DNA of 63,379 nt, taken from assembly GCA_040398005.1 (NCBI GenBank), contig JBBAUX010000001.1:163490-226868 (forward strand). Direction: 5' to 3'. How positions within the stretch are numbered: position 1 is the first letter of the stretch; the number at the start of each line of letters is the position of its first letter. The DNA comes from Opitutales bacterium (GTDB taxonomy: Bacteria; Verrucomicrobiota; Verrucomicrobiia; Opitutales; UBA953). Below the pieces are notes generated by a model. The model was given only the letters and a program-made list of their open reading frames with translations, did not search any database and was not told the DNA's origin. Of the stretch, positions 1 to 10,088 are shown one piece after another. Both the position numbers and the translations under genes were made by a program.

Positions 1-588
1 AACACGCAGGATATTGAAGCGCGTGTTTGGCTTAAGCAGGGTGGGCTAAAAATCGCTCTCAATGGTGGTGATGCCCAAATCATTCCGGCGGCTAATGCGG
101 AACTTGTTTTACTCTTCTCGCGCGGCGATGTCGATGCAGCCTGGACCGTTGAACCTTGGGTCACACGTCTCACGACAGAATTCGGCGGAGAAATTTTAGT
201 CGAAAACAAAGAATCGATTATCACTGTTCTCGCTTCATCCAAAACCGCGCTCTCCAAAAATAAACGTGGGATCGAAGCCTTCGTTCAATCGCACTACTCA
301 CTGCGCGATAAACTTTTAGCCGACCAAGCTTGGCATGAAAAGTTAATACGTAATGGTATCGGCGGTGAAACAAGATCCGCTGCACCCCAAGCTGAATTAA
401 TTTCCACTGCTTTGAGTCGAGTCGTCTTTGATGCACGTGAAGACGATGCTACTCGCAAAGCACGTCTAACCAGTGCTTTGACTCAGGCGCTTAAGGATTC
501 ACAAGCCTCAGGTTTACTAAATGGCGATGCCCCCATTGATCCTTTGTTAGAATCGCTCATCGCGGATCCAGCTCCGGTGCAAAAGTAA
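1..588 (+). CDS. ABC transporter substrate-binding protein, SsuA/TauA/NitT type (5'-truncated by window)
   Basis: Frame 1 is open from base 1 (NTQDIEARVWLKQGG...DAAWTVEPW...) to TAA at 586-588. NTQD and DAAW-EPW motifs are typical of sulfonate-binding proteins, and it lies directly upstream of an ATPase and permease. Confidence 0.8.
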   Translation, partial: NTQDIEARVWLKQGGLKIALNGGDAQIIPAANAELVLLFSRGDVDAAWTVEPWVTRLTTEFGGEILVENKESIITVLASSKTALSKNKRGIEAFVQSHYSLRDKLLADQAWHEKLIRNGIGGETRSAAPQAELISTALSRVVFDAREDDATRKARLTSALTQALKDSQASGLLNGDAPIDPLLESLIADPAPVQK

Positions 589-650
589 TAGTATCCTCTT
601 ATCTTGCCAACTGAGCCGTATAACTCGCATTCTTATCTACCCCTAGTTCA

Positions 651-1442
651 ATGAGTAACGATAAAGTCATCACCCCTGCGTTGACGCTTCGTAACGTTAC
701 CAAACGTTTCGTAGGTGCCGCCGGTCGCGTGACCGCCGTTGAGGATATCAGCCTCGATGTGCGTGAAGGAGAATTCTTGGTCATCGTTGGCCCCTCGGGC
801 TGCGGTAAATCAACTCTGCTCAGTTTGCTCGCAGGATTAGAACAAACCAACGAAGGTTCTATTTTACTCGGTGAAGAGCCCGTGCGTTTGCCCGGACGTG
901 ATCGCCTCGTCATGTTCCAACAAGATGCGTTGTTCCCTTGGTTAAACGTTTTAGAAAATGTTCTCTTCGGTCTGCGCTTAAAGCCCGGTCTAACCGAGGA
1001 AGAAAGATTAGAATCTGCCCGCTACTATTTATCCTTAGTCGGTCTGGCCGATAAAGAAAAAGCCCGCCCGCATGAATTATCTGGCGGTATGCGTCAACGC
1101 GTCGCCTTAGCTCGCTCACTCGCTCCTAATCCTCGCGTGCTCTTGATGGATGAGCCTTTCTCTGCACTCGACGCCTTAACGCGCGATCAGCTCTACGGTG
1201 ACATCCAACAGATTTTCACCAAGAGAAAGAAAACCATTATTTTAGTAACGCACAATATTCGTGAAGCGGTTTGTTTAGGTGACCGCGTCGTCTTACTTTC
1301 TCCGCACCCTGGACGTATCCGTGAGGTATTTGATATCAACTTACCACGCCCACGTCGCATCAATGACCCTGAATTAGCTTCGCTCGCTGCGAAAGTTACC
1401 GCAGCCTTGTCCTCGCACTTAAATGAAGGAGTAAATTCATAA
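651..1442 (+). CDS. Nitrate/sulfonate/taurine ABC transporter ATP-binding protein
   Basis: Walker [10 protein letters not shown], signature LSGGMRQR, Walker B LLMDEPF, SsuB/TauB-like C-terminus (LPRPR). Confidence 0.92.
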   Translation: MSNDKVITPALTLRNVTKRFVGAAGRVTAVEDISLDVREGEFLVIVGPSGCGKSTLLSLLAGLEQTNEGSILLGEEPVRLPGRDRLVMFQQDALFPWLNVLENVLFGLRLKPGLTEEERLESARYYLSLVGLADKEKARPHELSGGMRQRVALARSLAPNPRVLLMDEPFSALDALTRDQLYGDIQQIFTKRKKTIILVTHNIREAVCLGDRVVLLSPHPGRIREVFDINLPRPRRINDPELASLAAKVTAALSSHLNEGVNS

Positions 1443-1443
1443 A

Positions 1444-2214
1444 ATGAAACTTCCACGTCCAGTAATCCCCACACTTCTTGCCATTACTTTTCTCGGCGTC
1501 TGGGAATGGTATGTTCGTACGGGTCATGTGAATGAGGTTTTAGTTCCATCGCCTTCCCATATTTTTAAATGGTTTTATGAATCCTTAGCTAACGGCGAAT
1601 TATTATCGGCCACCTGGGTGACAATGCGTCGCTTGATGATTGGTTTTGCGATTGGTGCCGCACTAGGAGTTCCACTCGGTGCACTGTGCGCCCGGGTGCG
1701 TTGGATTCGTGATACGCTCGGCGTTCTCGCTTTAGGTCTACAAACCTTGCCCTCCGTTTGTTGGGTACCACTGGCTTTACTTTGGTTTGGCCAAGAAGAA
1801 TCCGCCGTACTTTTCGTCGTCGTGATGGGCACCATTTGGGCCGTAGTGATTGCCGTTCAAGAATCCGTACTTTCAGTCCAACCGCTTTATTTAAGAGCAG
1901 GTATGACCATGGGTTCACAAGGCTGGCATTTATGGTCACGCGTTATTTTCCCAGCGGCCTTACCTGGAATTGTCAGCGGTATGAAACAGGGTTGGGCCTT
2001 TGCTTGGCGCTCCTTGATGGCCGCCGAAATTTTCGTCGTGATTCTCACCGGTTTTGGACTGGGCTCATTATTACACGCCGGACGTGAGTTGCTGCGAATG
2101 GATCAAGTCATGGGAGTCATGGCGGTGGTCGTCGGGGTGGGACTTCTGGCTGACATTATTTTCTTCGCCCCTTTAGAGCGTTGGTTGCGTTGTTCTCGTG
2201 GTTTAGAGCGCTAA
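1444..2214 (+). CDS. Nitrate/sulfonate ABC transporter permease (SsuC/TauC type)
   Basis: Multiple TM segments, AWRSLMAAE motif, GLG motif, operon context. Confidence 0.9.
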   Translation: MKLPRPVIPTLLAITFLGVWEWYVRTGHVNEVLVPSPSHIFKWFYESLANGELLSATWVTMRRLMIGFAIGAALGVPLGALCARVRWIRDTLGVLALGLQTLPSVCWVPLALLWFGQEESAVLFVVVMGTIWAVVIAVQESVLSVQPLYLRAGMTMGSQGWHLWSRVIFPAALPGIVSGMKQGWAFAWRSLMAAEIFVVILTGFGLGSLLHAGRELLRMDQVMGVMAVVVGVGLLADIIFFAPLERWLRCSRGLER

Positions 2215-2265
2215 AAATATTTTCCCCTCGCTCTCGGGCGTTCGCCTCGCCTAATTGTTAGCCAC

Positions 2266-3429
2266 ATGTTTATCGACGAAGCTAAAGTTATTATGAAGTC
2301 CGGCGCAGGCGGTCATGGCTGCGTGAGTTTCCGTCGTGAAAAATTTATTCCGAAGGGCGGACCCGATGGCGGTAATGGTGGCAAAGGCGGCGATATTGTT
2401 TTGCTCTGCGATCGTAATGAAGGCGATTTACAAGCCTATCGCTGGCAACCACACCGCTCTGCCAAAAATGGTATTCCCGGAATGGGTCGTCAGTGCGCTG
2501 GCCCTGATGGTGCTGATTTAATTTTACCAGTGCCCCCAGGCACTCAAGTCGTCGATGAAATCTCCGGTCGCTTAGTCGCTGAGCTCACCGAACACGGCGA
2601 ACGCGTTATTTTATTAGCAGGCGGCAAGGGTGGAATGGGTAATATGAATTTTAAGAGTTCCGTAAACCAAGCCCCACGTCGCACCACTCCCGGCTATCCT
2701 GGCGAATCGGGTAATTTTCGCTTAGTACTCAAGACCATCGCCGATATCGGATTAGTCGGATACCCCAACGCCGGAAAATCGACGCTCACTAATTTGCTCA
2801 CGGCTGCCCGCCCGAAAATGGCGCCGTATCCATTTACTACCTTACACGTCAACGTCGGTGTCATTGAATACCCAGCTATCCACGGCCGTATTTTCATGGC
2901 CGACATTCCTGGGCTGATTGAAGGTGCTCACGAAAATCGCGGTCTCGGTCACCAGTTCCTTCGTCACATCGAACGCTGTGCACTCCTTGTCTTTATTATC
3001 GATATGGCGGGTAGCGAAAATCGTAAGCCCTGGGATGATCACCGTATTTTAGAACGCGAACTTCGCCTGTATTCGAAAATTCTCGCTGGTAAACCGCGCG
3101 TGATTGTCGCCAATAAGATGGATTTACCTAAAGCCGCCGAAAACCTGAAATTGTTTGAGAATAAGGTGAAGGATCCGGTGATTCCTATTTCCTGTTATAC
3201 CCAAGATGGTTTGGAAGAATTGAAAGAAAAACTTTGGAAAGCAGTGAAGGTTTCACCTGTAAAAGCGAAAAAGACTACCATCAAAAAGCCTGTAGCTAAA
3301 AAATCTAAAGCGAAAAAAGTTGTAGCGAAGAAAGCTAAAGCGAAAATTTCGAAACCTAAAACCAAGAAAAAGGTTTTAAAGGTGAAGAAAAAAGTCTCTA
3401 AAAAAGTTTCTAAAAAATCTAAGCGCTAA
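2266..3429 (+). CDS. obgE: GTPase ObgE/CgtA with Lys-rich C-terminal tail
   Basis: MFIDEA..GGHGCVSFRREKFIPKGGPDGGNGG Obg domain, G1 GYPNAGKST, YPFTT, DIPGLIEGA, NKMD. Confidence 0.97.
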   Translation: MFIDEAKVIMKSGAGGHGCVSFRREKFIPKGGPDGGNGGKGGDIVLLCDRNEGDLQAYRWQPHRSAKNGIPGMGRQCAGPDGADLILPVPPGTQVVDEISGRLVAELTEHGERVILLAGGKGGMGNMNFKSSVNQAPRRTTPGYPGESGNFRLVLKTIADIGLVGYPNAGKSTLTNLLTAARPKMAPYPFTTLHVNVGVIEYPAIHGRIFMADIPGLIEGAHENRGLGHQFLRHIERCALLVFIIDMAGSENRKPWDDHRILERELRLYSKILAGKPRVIVANKMDLPKAAENLKLFENKVKDPVIPISCYTQDGLEELKEKLWKAVKVSPVKAKKTTIKKPVAKKSKAKKVVAKKAKAKISKPKTKKKVLKVKKKVSKKVSKKSKR

Positions 3430-3432
3430 GCT

Positions 3433-3987
3433 TTATTGATTCGGAGTCTCGCGAAAGTTCAGCGATTCAGAATTGAGACAGAAACGCAGTCCAGTCGGCT
3501 TAGGTCCGTCTTCGAAGACGTGACCCAGGTGTGCGTCGCAACGGGCACACACGATTTCAACCCGTTCCATCCCGTGACTGCGATCAACGATATTCAAAAC
3601 GTTTTCTTTCGCAATAGGCTGAAAGAAGCTTGGCCAGCCGGTACCAGAGTTGAACTTCGAGTGAGAGGCAAAGAGCGGTAAATCACAGCAAACACAGGTG
3701 TAAACTCCAGTTTTTTTGTTATCGAGTAGGTTGCCGCAGAAGGGTCTTTCGGTGCCCTTGGATCGACAAACATGATACTGACTCGGAGTGAGTTGCTTCG
3801 CCCATTCTTCGTCGGATTTGACCACCCGTTTAACTTTTTGTGGTTCACCTAATTCCCCAGGTGAAATTTCTAGACGAACAGTAACGGTTTCGGATGACGA
3901 CATGGGTGAAAGGGTGGGCGTTGGGTTAGGTGCGCATGCGGTGAGAGCGTGAGAAATTCCTACAAAGAGAAGAGCTCTCAGTACCAC
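3433..3987 (-). CDS. msrB: Peptide-methionine (R)-S-oxide reductase MsrB, probable lipoprotein
   Basis: GTERPF, CxxC pairs, SGTGWPSF, HLGHVFEDGP, RFCLNS. Start placed at GTG 3987, just after the erpA stop, giving a signal peptide ending LTAC. Confidence 0.92.
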   Translation of the reverse strand: MVLRALLFVGISHALTACAPNPTPTLSPMSSSETVTVRLEISPGELGEPQKVKRVVKSDEEWAKQLTPSQYHVCRSKGTERPFCGNLLDNKKTGVYTCVCCDLPLFASHSKFNSGTGWPSFFQPIAKENVLNIVDRSHGMERVEIVCARCDAHLGHVFEDGPKPTGLRFCLNSESLNFRETPNQ

Positions 3988-3988
3988 G

Positions 3989-4306
3989 TTAGCTAAATGA
4001 TTTTCCGCAGCCACAGGTCGATGTGGCGTTAGGATTTTTTACTTCAAAACCTTTTCCGTGTAGACCATCATCAAAATCAATGGTCGAGTTTTCCAGATAA
4101 GCGTGACTGGCAGGATCGATCAGAATTTTAAGACCTTGGCTGACGAATTCTAAGTCATTATCTTTTTTAACATCGAAAGACATCCCGTACTCGAAGCCCG
4201 AACATCCACCCGCTTCAATCAAGATGCGCAAAGAGGATTCAGGGTTGGCCTGTTGGGAGTGAAGTTTGCGAACTTGAATCGCGGCAGGTTCGGTGAGATT
4301 AATCAT
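3989..4306 (-). CDS. A-type Fe-S cluster carrier (ErpA/IscA family)
   Basis: GGCSGFEY and NPNATSTCGCGKSF motifs. Confidence 0.95.
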   Translation of the reverse strand: MINLTEPAAIQVRKLHSQQANPESSLRILIEAGGCSGFEYGMSFDVKKDNDLEFVSQGLKILIDPASHAYLENSTIDFDDGLHGKGFEVKNPNATSTCGCGKSFS

Positions 4307-4313
4307 ACAGTTA

Positions 4314-4341
4314 AAGTTAGAGGTTTGGAAGAGGGAGTCAA
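4314..4341 (-). promoter_or_regulatory. Putative sigma-70 promoter of the erpA-msrB pair (near-leaderless)
   Basis: The minus strand reads TTGACT-16 nt-TAACTT-7 nt-ATG. Confidence 0.45.
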
Positions 4342-4357
4342 ATGACCCATTTTCGGC

Positions 4358-5416
4358 TTATAATTCGCAGGTTTGCTGGGTTTCTCGGGTGGGTCGAGCA
4401 ATGAGCCCGCGGTGTGGCTCGTCCGGATAAATCTCATTCGCGCGTGTTCCCATGAGGTGTGCATCACAGCATTTTAGTAAGTCACCGAGGTTTTCCGTGC
4501 GACGCATGTCGTATAAAAACTTTCCTTCCGTATCGATCGCGAGTCCGATGAAGTTTAAGAATTTCTTGAGTCGCCCCGCTTGTCGCTCTGAATGCATCGA
4601 TTGATCACAACACTCATCCGCTAACTCTTGAATATAAGTTCGAACGTCAGAAAGTTTAGGCTGATAGAGAGGCTGACCTTGTTGCAGTTCGCGCCACTGA
4701 CGAAAGATCCATGGATTTCTTATCGCATGCCGGCCCATCATCATCCCATAGGCACCTGTTTCACGGATGAGCTGCGTGGCCTTAGTCGCTTGGGTGACAT
4801 CACCATTGGCAATGACTGGACACGCTACTTTTTTAACCGCTTGGGTGATCGCCGGGTAGTTTACTTCTGCCCAGTAAAGTCCTTTGACGGTGCGACCATG
4901 CACCGTGAGTAAATCGACCTTATGTTTATTTATTAAATCTAATATCGCTTCATAATTTTCCATACCATCAAAACCGATCCGCATTTTTACGGTAAAAGTT
5001 CCGGCAATCTCGGCACGCATCGCACTTAAGATTTCATCGATTTTTGCTGGGTCTCTGAGCAATCCTCCACCCACGTTCTTCCGATAAACCTTGGGAGCTG
5101 GGCAGCCCATATTCAGGTCAATCCCAGCGATAGGGTAGGCCTGAAGGAGTTTAATCGTACGAATAATATGAGGAATATCCTCGCCGATCAGTTGAGCGAA
5201 GACCGGTCGTCCAGTGCCGTGATTTTGAATGGAATCCAGAATATGTTTTTCCGGGGTCGATGTTTCATGAACTCGAAAATATTCCGTCACAAACCAATCG
5301 GGTACTCCGCGACGTCCGATGACTCTCATGAATCCCGTCGTCGTAACGTCTTGCATCGGTGCTAAGACTGATGGACGTGTGCCACTGACTAACGGTTGGG
5401 GGAGGGCAGAGTTCAC
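4358..5416 (-). CDS. tRNA-dihydrouridine synthase (Dus family)
   Basis: LAPM, IDLNMGCP, TVKMRIG, TVHGRT, ANGDV, MMGR..IRNPWIF. Confidence 0.93.
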   Translation of the reverse strand: MNSALPQPLVSGTRPSVLAPMQDVTTTGFMRVIGRRGVPDWFVTEYFRVHETSTPEKHILDSIQNHGTGRPVFAQLIGEDIPHIIRTIKLLQAYPIAGIDLNMGCPAPKVYRKNVGGGLLRDPAKIDEILSAMRAEIAGTFTVKMRIGFDGMENYEAILDLINKHKVDLLTVHGRTVKGLYWAEVNYPAITQAVKKVACPVIANGDVTQATKATQLIRETGAYGMMMGRHAIRNPWIFRQWRELQQGQPLYQPKLSDVRTYIQELADECCDQSMHSERQAGRLKKFLNFIGLAIDTEGKFLYDMRRTENLGDLLKCCDAHLMGTRANEIYPDEPHRGLIARPTRETQQTCEL

Positions 5417-5856
5417 GATTGTTTTCGGAGTCGGGCCAGAGTCTCAGTCATATCCTCGCAGGCATCTAGGACGACAGGCATAATGAATACCGGACGTTTG
5501 GCTTTAACCGCTAAGACGAGTGCATCGCTGGGGCGGGCATCAACTTCCGCTACCTTGCGGGCCACGGGTCCAGCTTGATTGACAACAATACGGGCAAAGA
5601 AAACGCCTTCCTTCATTTCCACCACGGTTACATGGGAAATGTCGGCATCCAGACCCAGCAGTAAGTGAAGCATGAGATCGTGAGTTTGCGGGCGTTCAGC
5701 GACTTTATTAGCGAGGGCCGCCAGAAGGTATTCACCCACTAAAGTATCAACCTGAATAACGATTGTTTTGTTTTCAGTAACAAGAAACACCGCGGTTCCG
5801 CCCTTGGTCGGAATCACTTCGATGCTCGTGACGGGAATCGCCTCTTTCTTGTTCAT
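5413..5856 (-). CDS. Bifunctional nuclease family protein (DUF151)
   Basis: RPQTHDL, GVFFARI, DARPSDALVLA motifs. Start at ATG 5856 (MNKK) preferred over 5910. Confidence 0.88.
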   Translation of the reverse strand: MNKKEAIPVTSIEVIPTKGGTAVFLVTENKTIVIQVDTLVGEYLLAALANKVAERPQTHDLMLHLLLGLDADISHVTVVEMKEGVFFARIVVNQAGPVARKVAEVDARPSDALVLAVKAKRPVFIMPVVLDACEDMTETLARLRKQS

Positions 5857-5977
5857 CCCTAATACATTTGGGCTCAGGGCTCGTGGCGCAAGCCTGTGTC
5901 GTCGATACATGAAGAAGTTTGCCTGAGAATTGCAGGAGTCCCCTTGAAATTTATCGTACCCTCGTCTTAATGGTCAA

Positions 5978-8080
5978 GTGCACCCATTTCTCAAAGACGA
6001 CTTCCTCTTCGATTGGAGTCAGTTGCAATCCAGCGCCATCGAGCCCGATATTCGCCTAGCTTTGAAACAGGCCCAAGAACGGATCGAGGCATTCAAAAAA
6101 CTTTCTGGTCCGCAACTCACCTATGCCCACGTTCTCCTGGGTTTTGAAAGTGCGACGAAAGATTTATCACGTGCGTGGGGATTGGTTACTCACCTCGACT
6201 CAGTACTTAATTCGCCCGACCTTCGTAAAACCTACAATGCACTTTTGCCAGAAGTTACTGCGTTTTATACTTCACTCACGCTCGATCCCGATATCTGGCA
6301 GGTTTTTAAAAATTACGCAAACACCGCCGAAGCAAAATCTCTGCAAGGGATTAAGCGGAGATTTCTAGAGGAAACCATTGCTGACTTTGAAGAGAATGGT
6401 GCCGGCCTGCCTCCTGAAGAAAAGAAGAGATTGGCCGAGGTAAATGCCGCGCTCGCAGAAAAAACACAAAAATATTCCGAGAACGTTTTAGATTCTACTA
6501 ACGACTGGGAAATTTTTGTTGATGACGAAAATCAGTTGAAGGGCTTACCCCCCAGTGCGCTCGGATTAGCCAAGCAGTCAGCGACAGCTAAAAGCCGTCC
6601 GGATTCCTGGAGAATTAATTTACAACAACCCTCCGTTTTTCCTGTTTTACAATATGGAGAAGATGCCGCCCTCCGCCAAAAATGCTGGGAAGCATTGAGC
6701 CAAGTGGGCTACAAAGGAAAATGGGACAACACTCAGCTGGTTTCCGAAATCCTTTCCCTGCGTGACGAAAAGGCCCGTTTATTGGGCAAAAAACACTTCG
6801 CTGATTTTACGACGGCACGCCGCATGGCCCAAACGGGCGATCAAGCTCTCAAATTTATCGAAGACATGGCGGGGCGCATTCGTCCTAAATTCGAACACGA
6901 AGAGGAAGAGTTAGAACAGTATCGCGCCAAAATTGAAAAAGATGCAGTACGTATTTTGCATCCGTGGGAGTTTGGTTTCTATTCCGAAAAAATGCGTCGC
7001 GAATATCACGGCTTTGATGACGAAGCGCTGCGCCCGTGGTTCCCCGTCGAAGGTGTGATTGCCGGAATGTTTAAACTCTTTGGAAATCTTTTTGGAATTC
7101 AGGTTGTAGCACGTGACACGGTTTATGTTGATGCAACGGGGAAGGCCGAAGTGTTTAAAGCCGCTGCTCCGCGCGTGGAGAATTCGCCGGTCAGCGTTTG
7201 GCATCCGGAAGTTCGATTTTATGAAGTGCATGATGGATCGCGTCATCTCGGTTCATTTTATACTGATTGGTTTCCCCGCGAGTCGAAGCGTGGTGGTGCT
7301 TGGATGAATTTTTTCCGGACGGGTGGGCCGCGTTCTGATGGCTCATTTGCCCCACATTTAGGCCTCATGTGTGGTAATTTCACTCCTCCCGTCAATGGCC
7401 AGCAAGCGTTGCTGACGCACGATGAGGTCACGACGGTCTTCCATGAGTTCGGACATTTGCTGCACCATTTATTATCTGAGGTTGAAGTAGAATCTCTATC
7501 CGGCGTGCGCGTGGCTTGGGATTTCGTAGAGCTCCCATCGCAACTTTTAGAAAACTGGTGTTGGGAAGAAGAGTCACTCGCCCTGTTTGCTCGCCATCAT
7601 CAGACCGGCGAAAAATTACCCTCTGATCTTTTAAAGAAATTAGACGCATCATCGAATTTCCGCGCCGCTTCCCAATGTATGCGCCAACTTTGTTTCTCTA
7701 AACTGGATTTAGATTTACACATTCGCGCGAACGAACTCAAAAATGCGGATCTCGATAAACATTGGAACGATGCGATGGCCTCTTGGCAGACTCGCACTTC
7801 GCAGCGCGTTCCATCCATGGCTCGTCGTTTCAGTCACCTCTTCTCCGATGCTACGGGCTACGCTGCCGGATATTATTCATATAAATGGGCCGAGGCTTTG
7901 GAGGCCGATGCGTTTACCCGTTTCCTTAAAGAGGGGGTCTTAAATTCTCAAGTGGGCAGGGAACTCAGGGAAAAGGTTCTTGCGAAGGGTAATTCTGAGC
8001 CCGCCGATCAGATTTTCCGCGATTTTATGGGTCGAAACCTCGATTCTGAAGCCGTTTTAGTACGCGACGGATTGGCTTAA
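5978..8080 (+). CDS. prlC: M3 family oligopeptidase A
   Basis: KRGGAWM, FHEFGHLLH (HExxH), WDFVELPSQ, YAAGYYSYKWAE. Confidence 0.92.
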   Translation: MHPFLKDDFLFDWSQLQSSAIEPDIRLALKQAQERIEAFKKLSGPQLTYAHVLLGFESATKDLSRAWGLVTHLDSVLNSPDLRKTYNALLPEVTAFYTSLTLDPDIWQVFKNYANTAEAKSLQGIKRRFLEETIADFEENGAGLPPEEKKRLAEVNAALAEKTQKYSENVLDSTNDWEIFVDDENQLKGLPPSALGLAKQSATAKSRPDSWRINLQQPSVFPVLQYGEDAALRQKCWEALSQVGYKGKWDNTQLVSEILSLRDEKARLLGKKHFADFTTARRMAQTGDQALKFIEDMAGRIRPKFEHEEEELEQYRAKIEKDAVRILHPWEFGFYSEKMRREYHGFDDEALRPWFPVEGVIAGMFKLFGNLFGIQVVARDTVYVDATGKAEVFKAAAPRVENSPVSVWHPEVRFYEVHDGSRHLGSFYTDWFPRESKRGGAWMNFFRTGGPRSDGSFAPHLGLMCGNFTPPVNGQQALLTHDEVTTVFHEFGHLLHHLLSEVEVESLSGVRVAWDFVELPSQLLENWCWEEESLALFARHHQTGEKLPSDLLKKLDASSNFRAASQCMRQLCFSKLDLDLHIRANELKNADLDKHWNDAMASWQTRTSQRVPSMARRFSHLFSDATGYAAGYYSYKWAEALEADAFTRFLKEGVLNSQVGRELREKVLAKGNSEPADQIFRDFMGRNLDSEAVLVRDGLA

Positions 8081-8178
8081 TTAAGACCAAAATTGGGTTT
8101 TAGCCGTCACCAATTTGCCACAATTGTTTTATCCCCTTGCAGGGGAGCGATTTTTCCTATGCGTAAGGCTTTTAACAG

Positions 8179-10086
8179 ATGAAATTACGTAACATTGCAG
8201 TCATTGCGCACGTCGACCATGGAAAAACAACCCTGACCGATCGCCTCCTTTACCAGTCCGGTATGTTCCGCGCCGAAGACCTCGACAAGCTCGCGGGTGG
8301 TCAGCACGGCCTAATCATGGACTCGGGCGATCTCGAGCGCGAACGTGGTATCACCATCACCGCCAAAAATTGTTCTATTCGCTGGACCGATCCACGCAAT
8401 AAGGATGAGTACAAAATTAATTTAATCGATACCCCTGGTCACGCTGACTTCGGTGGCGAAGTTGAACGCGTATTAAATATGGCCGACGGTTGTTTACTGG
8501 TGGTCGACTCCTTTGAAGGTCCGATGCCCCAAACCCGTTTCGTACTATCGAAAGCTTTGGCCTTAGGTCTTAAGCCTATCGTTGTTGTTAATAAAATTGA
8601 TAAACCTTCGGCTCGTCCTGACGCCGTCGTGGATGAAATTTTCGACTTACTCGTGGCGCTGGACGCTCCAGAATCCGCTCTCGATTTCCCCGTAGTCTAC
8701 GCTTCTGGTCGTGATGGTTGGGCCACTGTGGATCGTGCGAAAACTGAAGAGGGTAAACGTCCGAAAGATTTATTAGAACTTTTCTACGCCATTGTTGACC
8801 ATATTCCTGAGCCTTATGCTGAAGGTTCCTCCCGTGGTGCAGCTGCTGGATTTAAGAGTCGCGAAGAAGCGCTCGCCAACCCTCTGCAAATCATGGTTAC
8901 CGCGATTTTGTATAGTGATTATGTAGGTCGTATCGCAGTCGGCCGGATCACCGCTGGACGCATTAAACCTTCCATGCCGGTCATGCTCATCAACCGAGCG
9001 GGCGAACAATTTAAGCAACGCACTTTAGAAGTGGAAGTCTTTGAAGCTCTTGGTCGCGTGAAAGCAGAAGAAGTCACCGCGGGTGACATCTGTGCAGTCA
9101 TCGGATTAGATCACGTTGAAATCGGTGCAACGATTACGGATATCGAAACTCCTAAGCCCATGCCTCCCGTCAAAGTGGACGAACCCACCGTAACGATGGC
9201 ATTCCGTGTTAACGATTCACCTTTTGCAGGTCGCGATGGAAAATTCGTCACAGGCCGTCAGGTCGGTGAACGTCTTACTAAAGAACTTGAAAAGAATGTG
9301 GCGCTTCGCGTCGAACGTGAAGCCGGTGCCGATGCGTTCCAAGTTTCCGGACGTGGTTTGATGCACTTAGGCGTGTTAATCGAAACCATGCGTCGCGAAG
9401 GTTATGAACTTTCAGTCGGTAAGCCTCAGGTTATTATGAAGCAGATCGACGGCAAAGAATGTGAGCCTGTGGAAACCTTGGCGGTCGATTGCCCAGTAGC
9501 TTCGCAGAGCGATGTGATGGCGCTGGTTCTCAGTCGCCGTGGCGAATTACGCTCGATGGATGCCAAGGCTGGTACCAGCGGTTGGATTCACATGGAGTTC
9601 AAAATTCCTTCTCGTTCCTTGTTCGGCTTACGTACGATGATGCTGACCACTACCCGTGGTGACGCGGTCATGTACCACAATTTATTAGGTTATGAGCCAG
9701 TGAAGGGCGATGCCCCTCGCCGTGCTGCGGGTGTGATGATCGGTGGTGAGGGAGGTCAAGTAACCTCTTACTCGCTCGACCGTCTTTATGACCGTGGTGA
9801 CTTCTTCGTGAAGCCCACTGATGAAATTTACATGGGTCAAGTGGTCGGTGAACACTGTAAGGACAATGACCTCGAAATTAATTTAGTCATCAACAAGAAG
9901 CTTTCCAACGTTCGTGCTTCCGGTTCGGACGACATGGCGAAGATTAAACCGATGCGCCAAATGTCTCTCGAAAATTGCTTAGAGTATATCGAGTCCGACG
10001 AATTGGTGGAAGTGACTCCTAACTTCATCCGCATGCGCAAACGTTACCTCACGGAAAACGAGCGTAAGCGTTTTGGTAAGCAGTAA
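8179..10086 (+). CDS. typA: Translational GTPase TypA/BipA
   Basis: RNIAVIAHVDHGKTT, ERERGITI, DTPGHADFGGEVER, GRGLMHL..ETMRREGYE, DELVEVTP. Confidence 0.97.
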   Translation: MKLRNIAVIAHVDHGKTTLTDRLLYQSGMFRAEDLDKLAGGQHGLIMDSGDLERERGITITAKNCSIRWTDPRNKDEYKINLIDTPGHADFGGEVERVLNMADGCLLVVDSFEGPMPQTRFVLSKALALGLKPIVVVNKIDKPSARPDAVVDEIFDLLVALDAPESALDFPVVYASGRDGWATVDRAKTEEGKRPKDLLELFYAIVDHIPEPYAEGSSRGAAAGFKSREEALANPLQIMVTAILYSDYVGRIAVGRITAGRIKPSMPVMLINRAGEQFKQRTLEVEVFEALGRVKAEEVTAGDICAVIGLDHVEIGATITDIETPKPMPPVKVDEPTVTMAFRVNDSPFAGRDGKFVTGRQVGERLTKELEKNVALRVEREAGADAFQVSGRGLMHLGVLIETMRREGYELSVGKPQVIMKQIDGKECEPVETLAVDCPVASQSDVMALVLSRRGELRSMDAKAGTSGWIHMEFKIPSRSLFGLRTMMLTTTRGDAVMYHNLLGYEPVKGDAPRRAAGVMIGGEGGQVTSYSLDRLYDRGDFFVKPTDEIYMGQVVGEHCKDNDLEINLVINKKLSNVRASGSDDMAKIKPMRQMSLENCLEYIESDELVEVTPNFIRMRKRYLTENERKRFGKQ

Positions 10087-10088
10087 GT

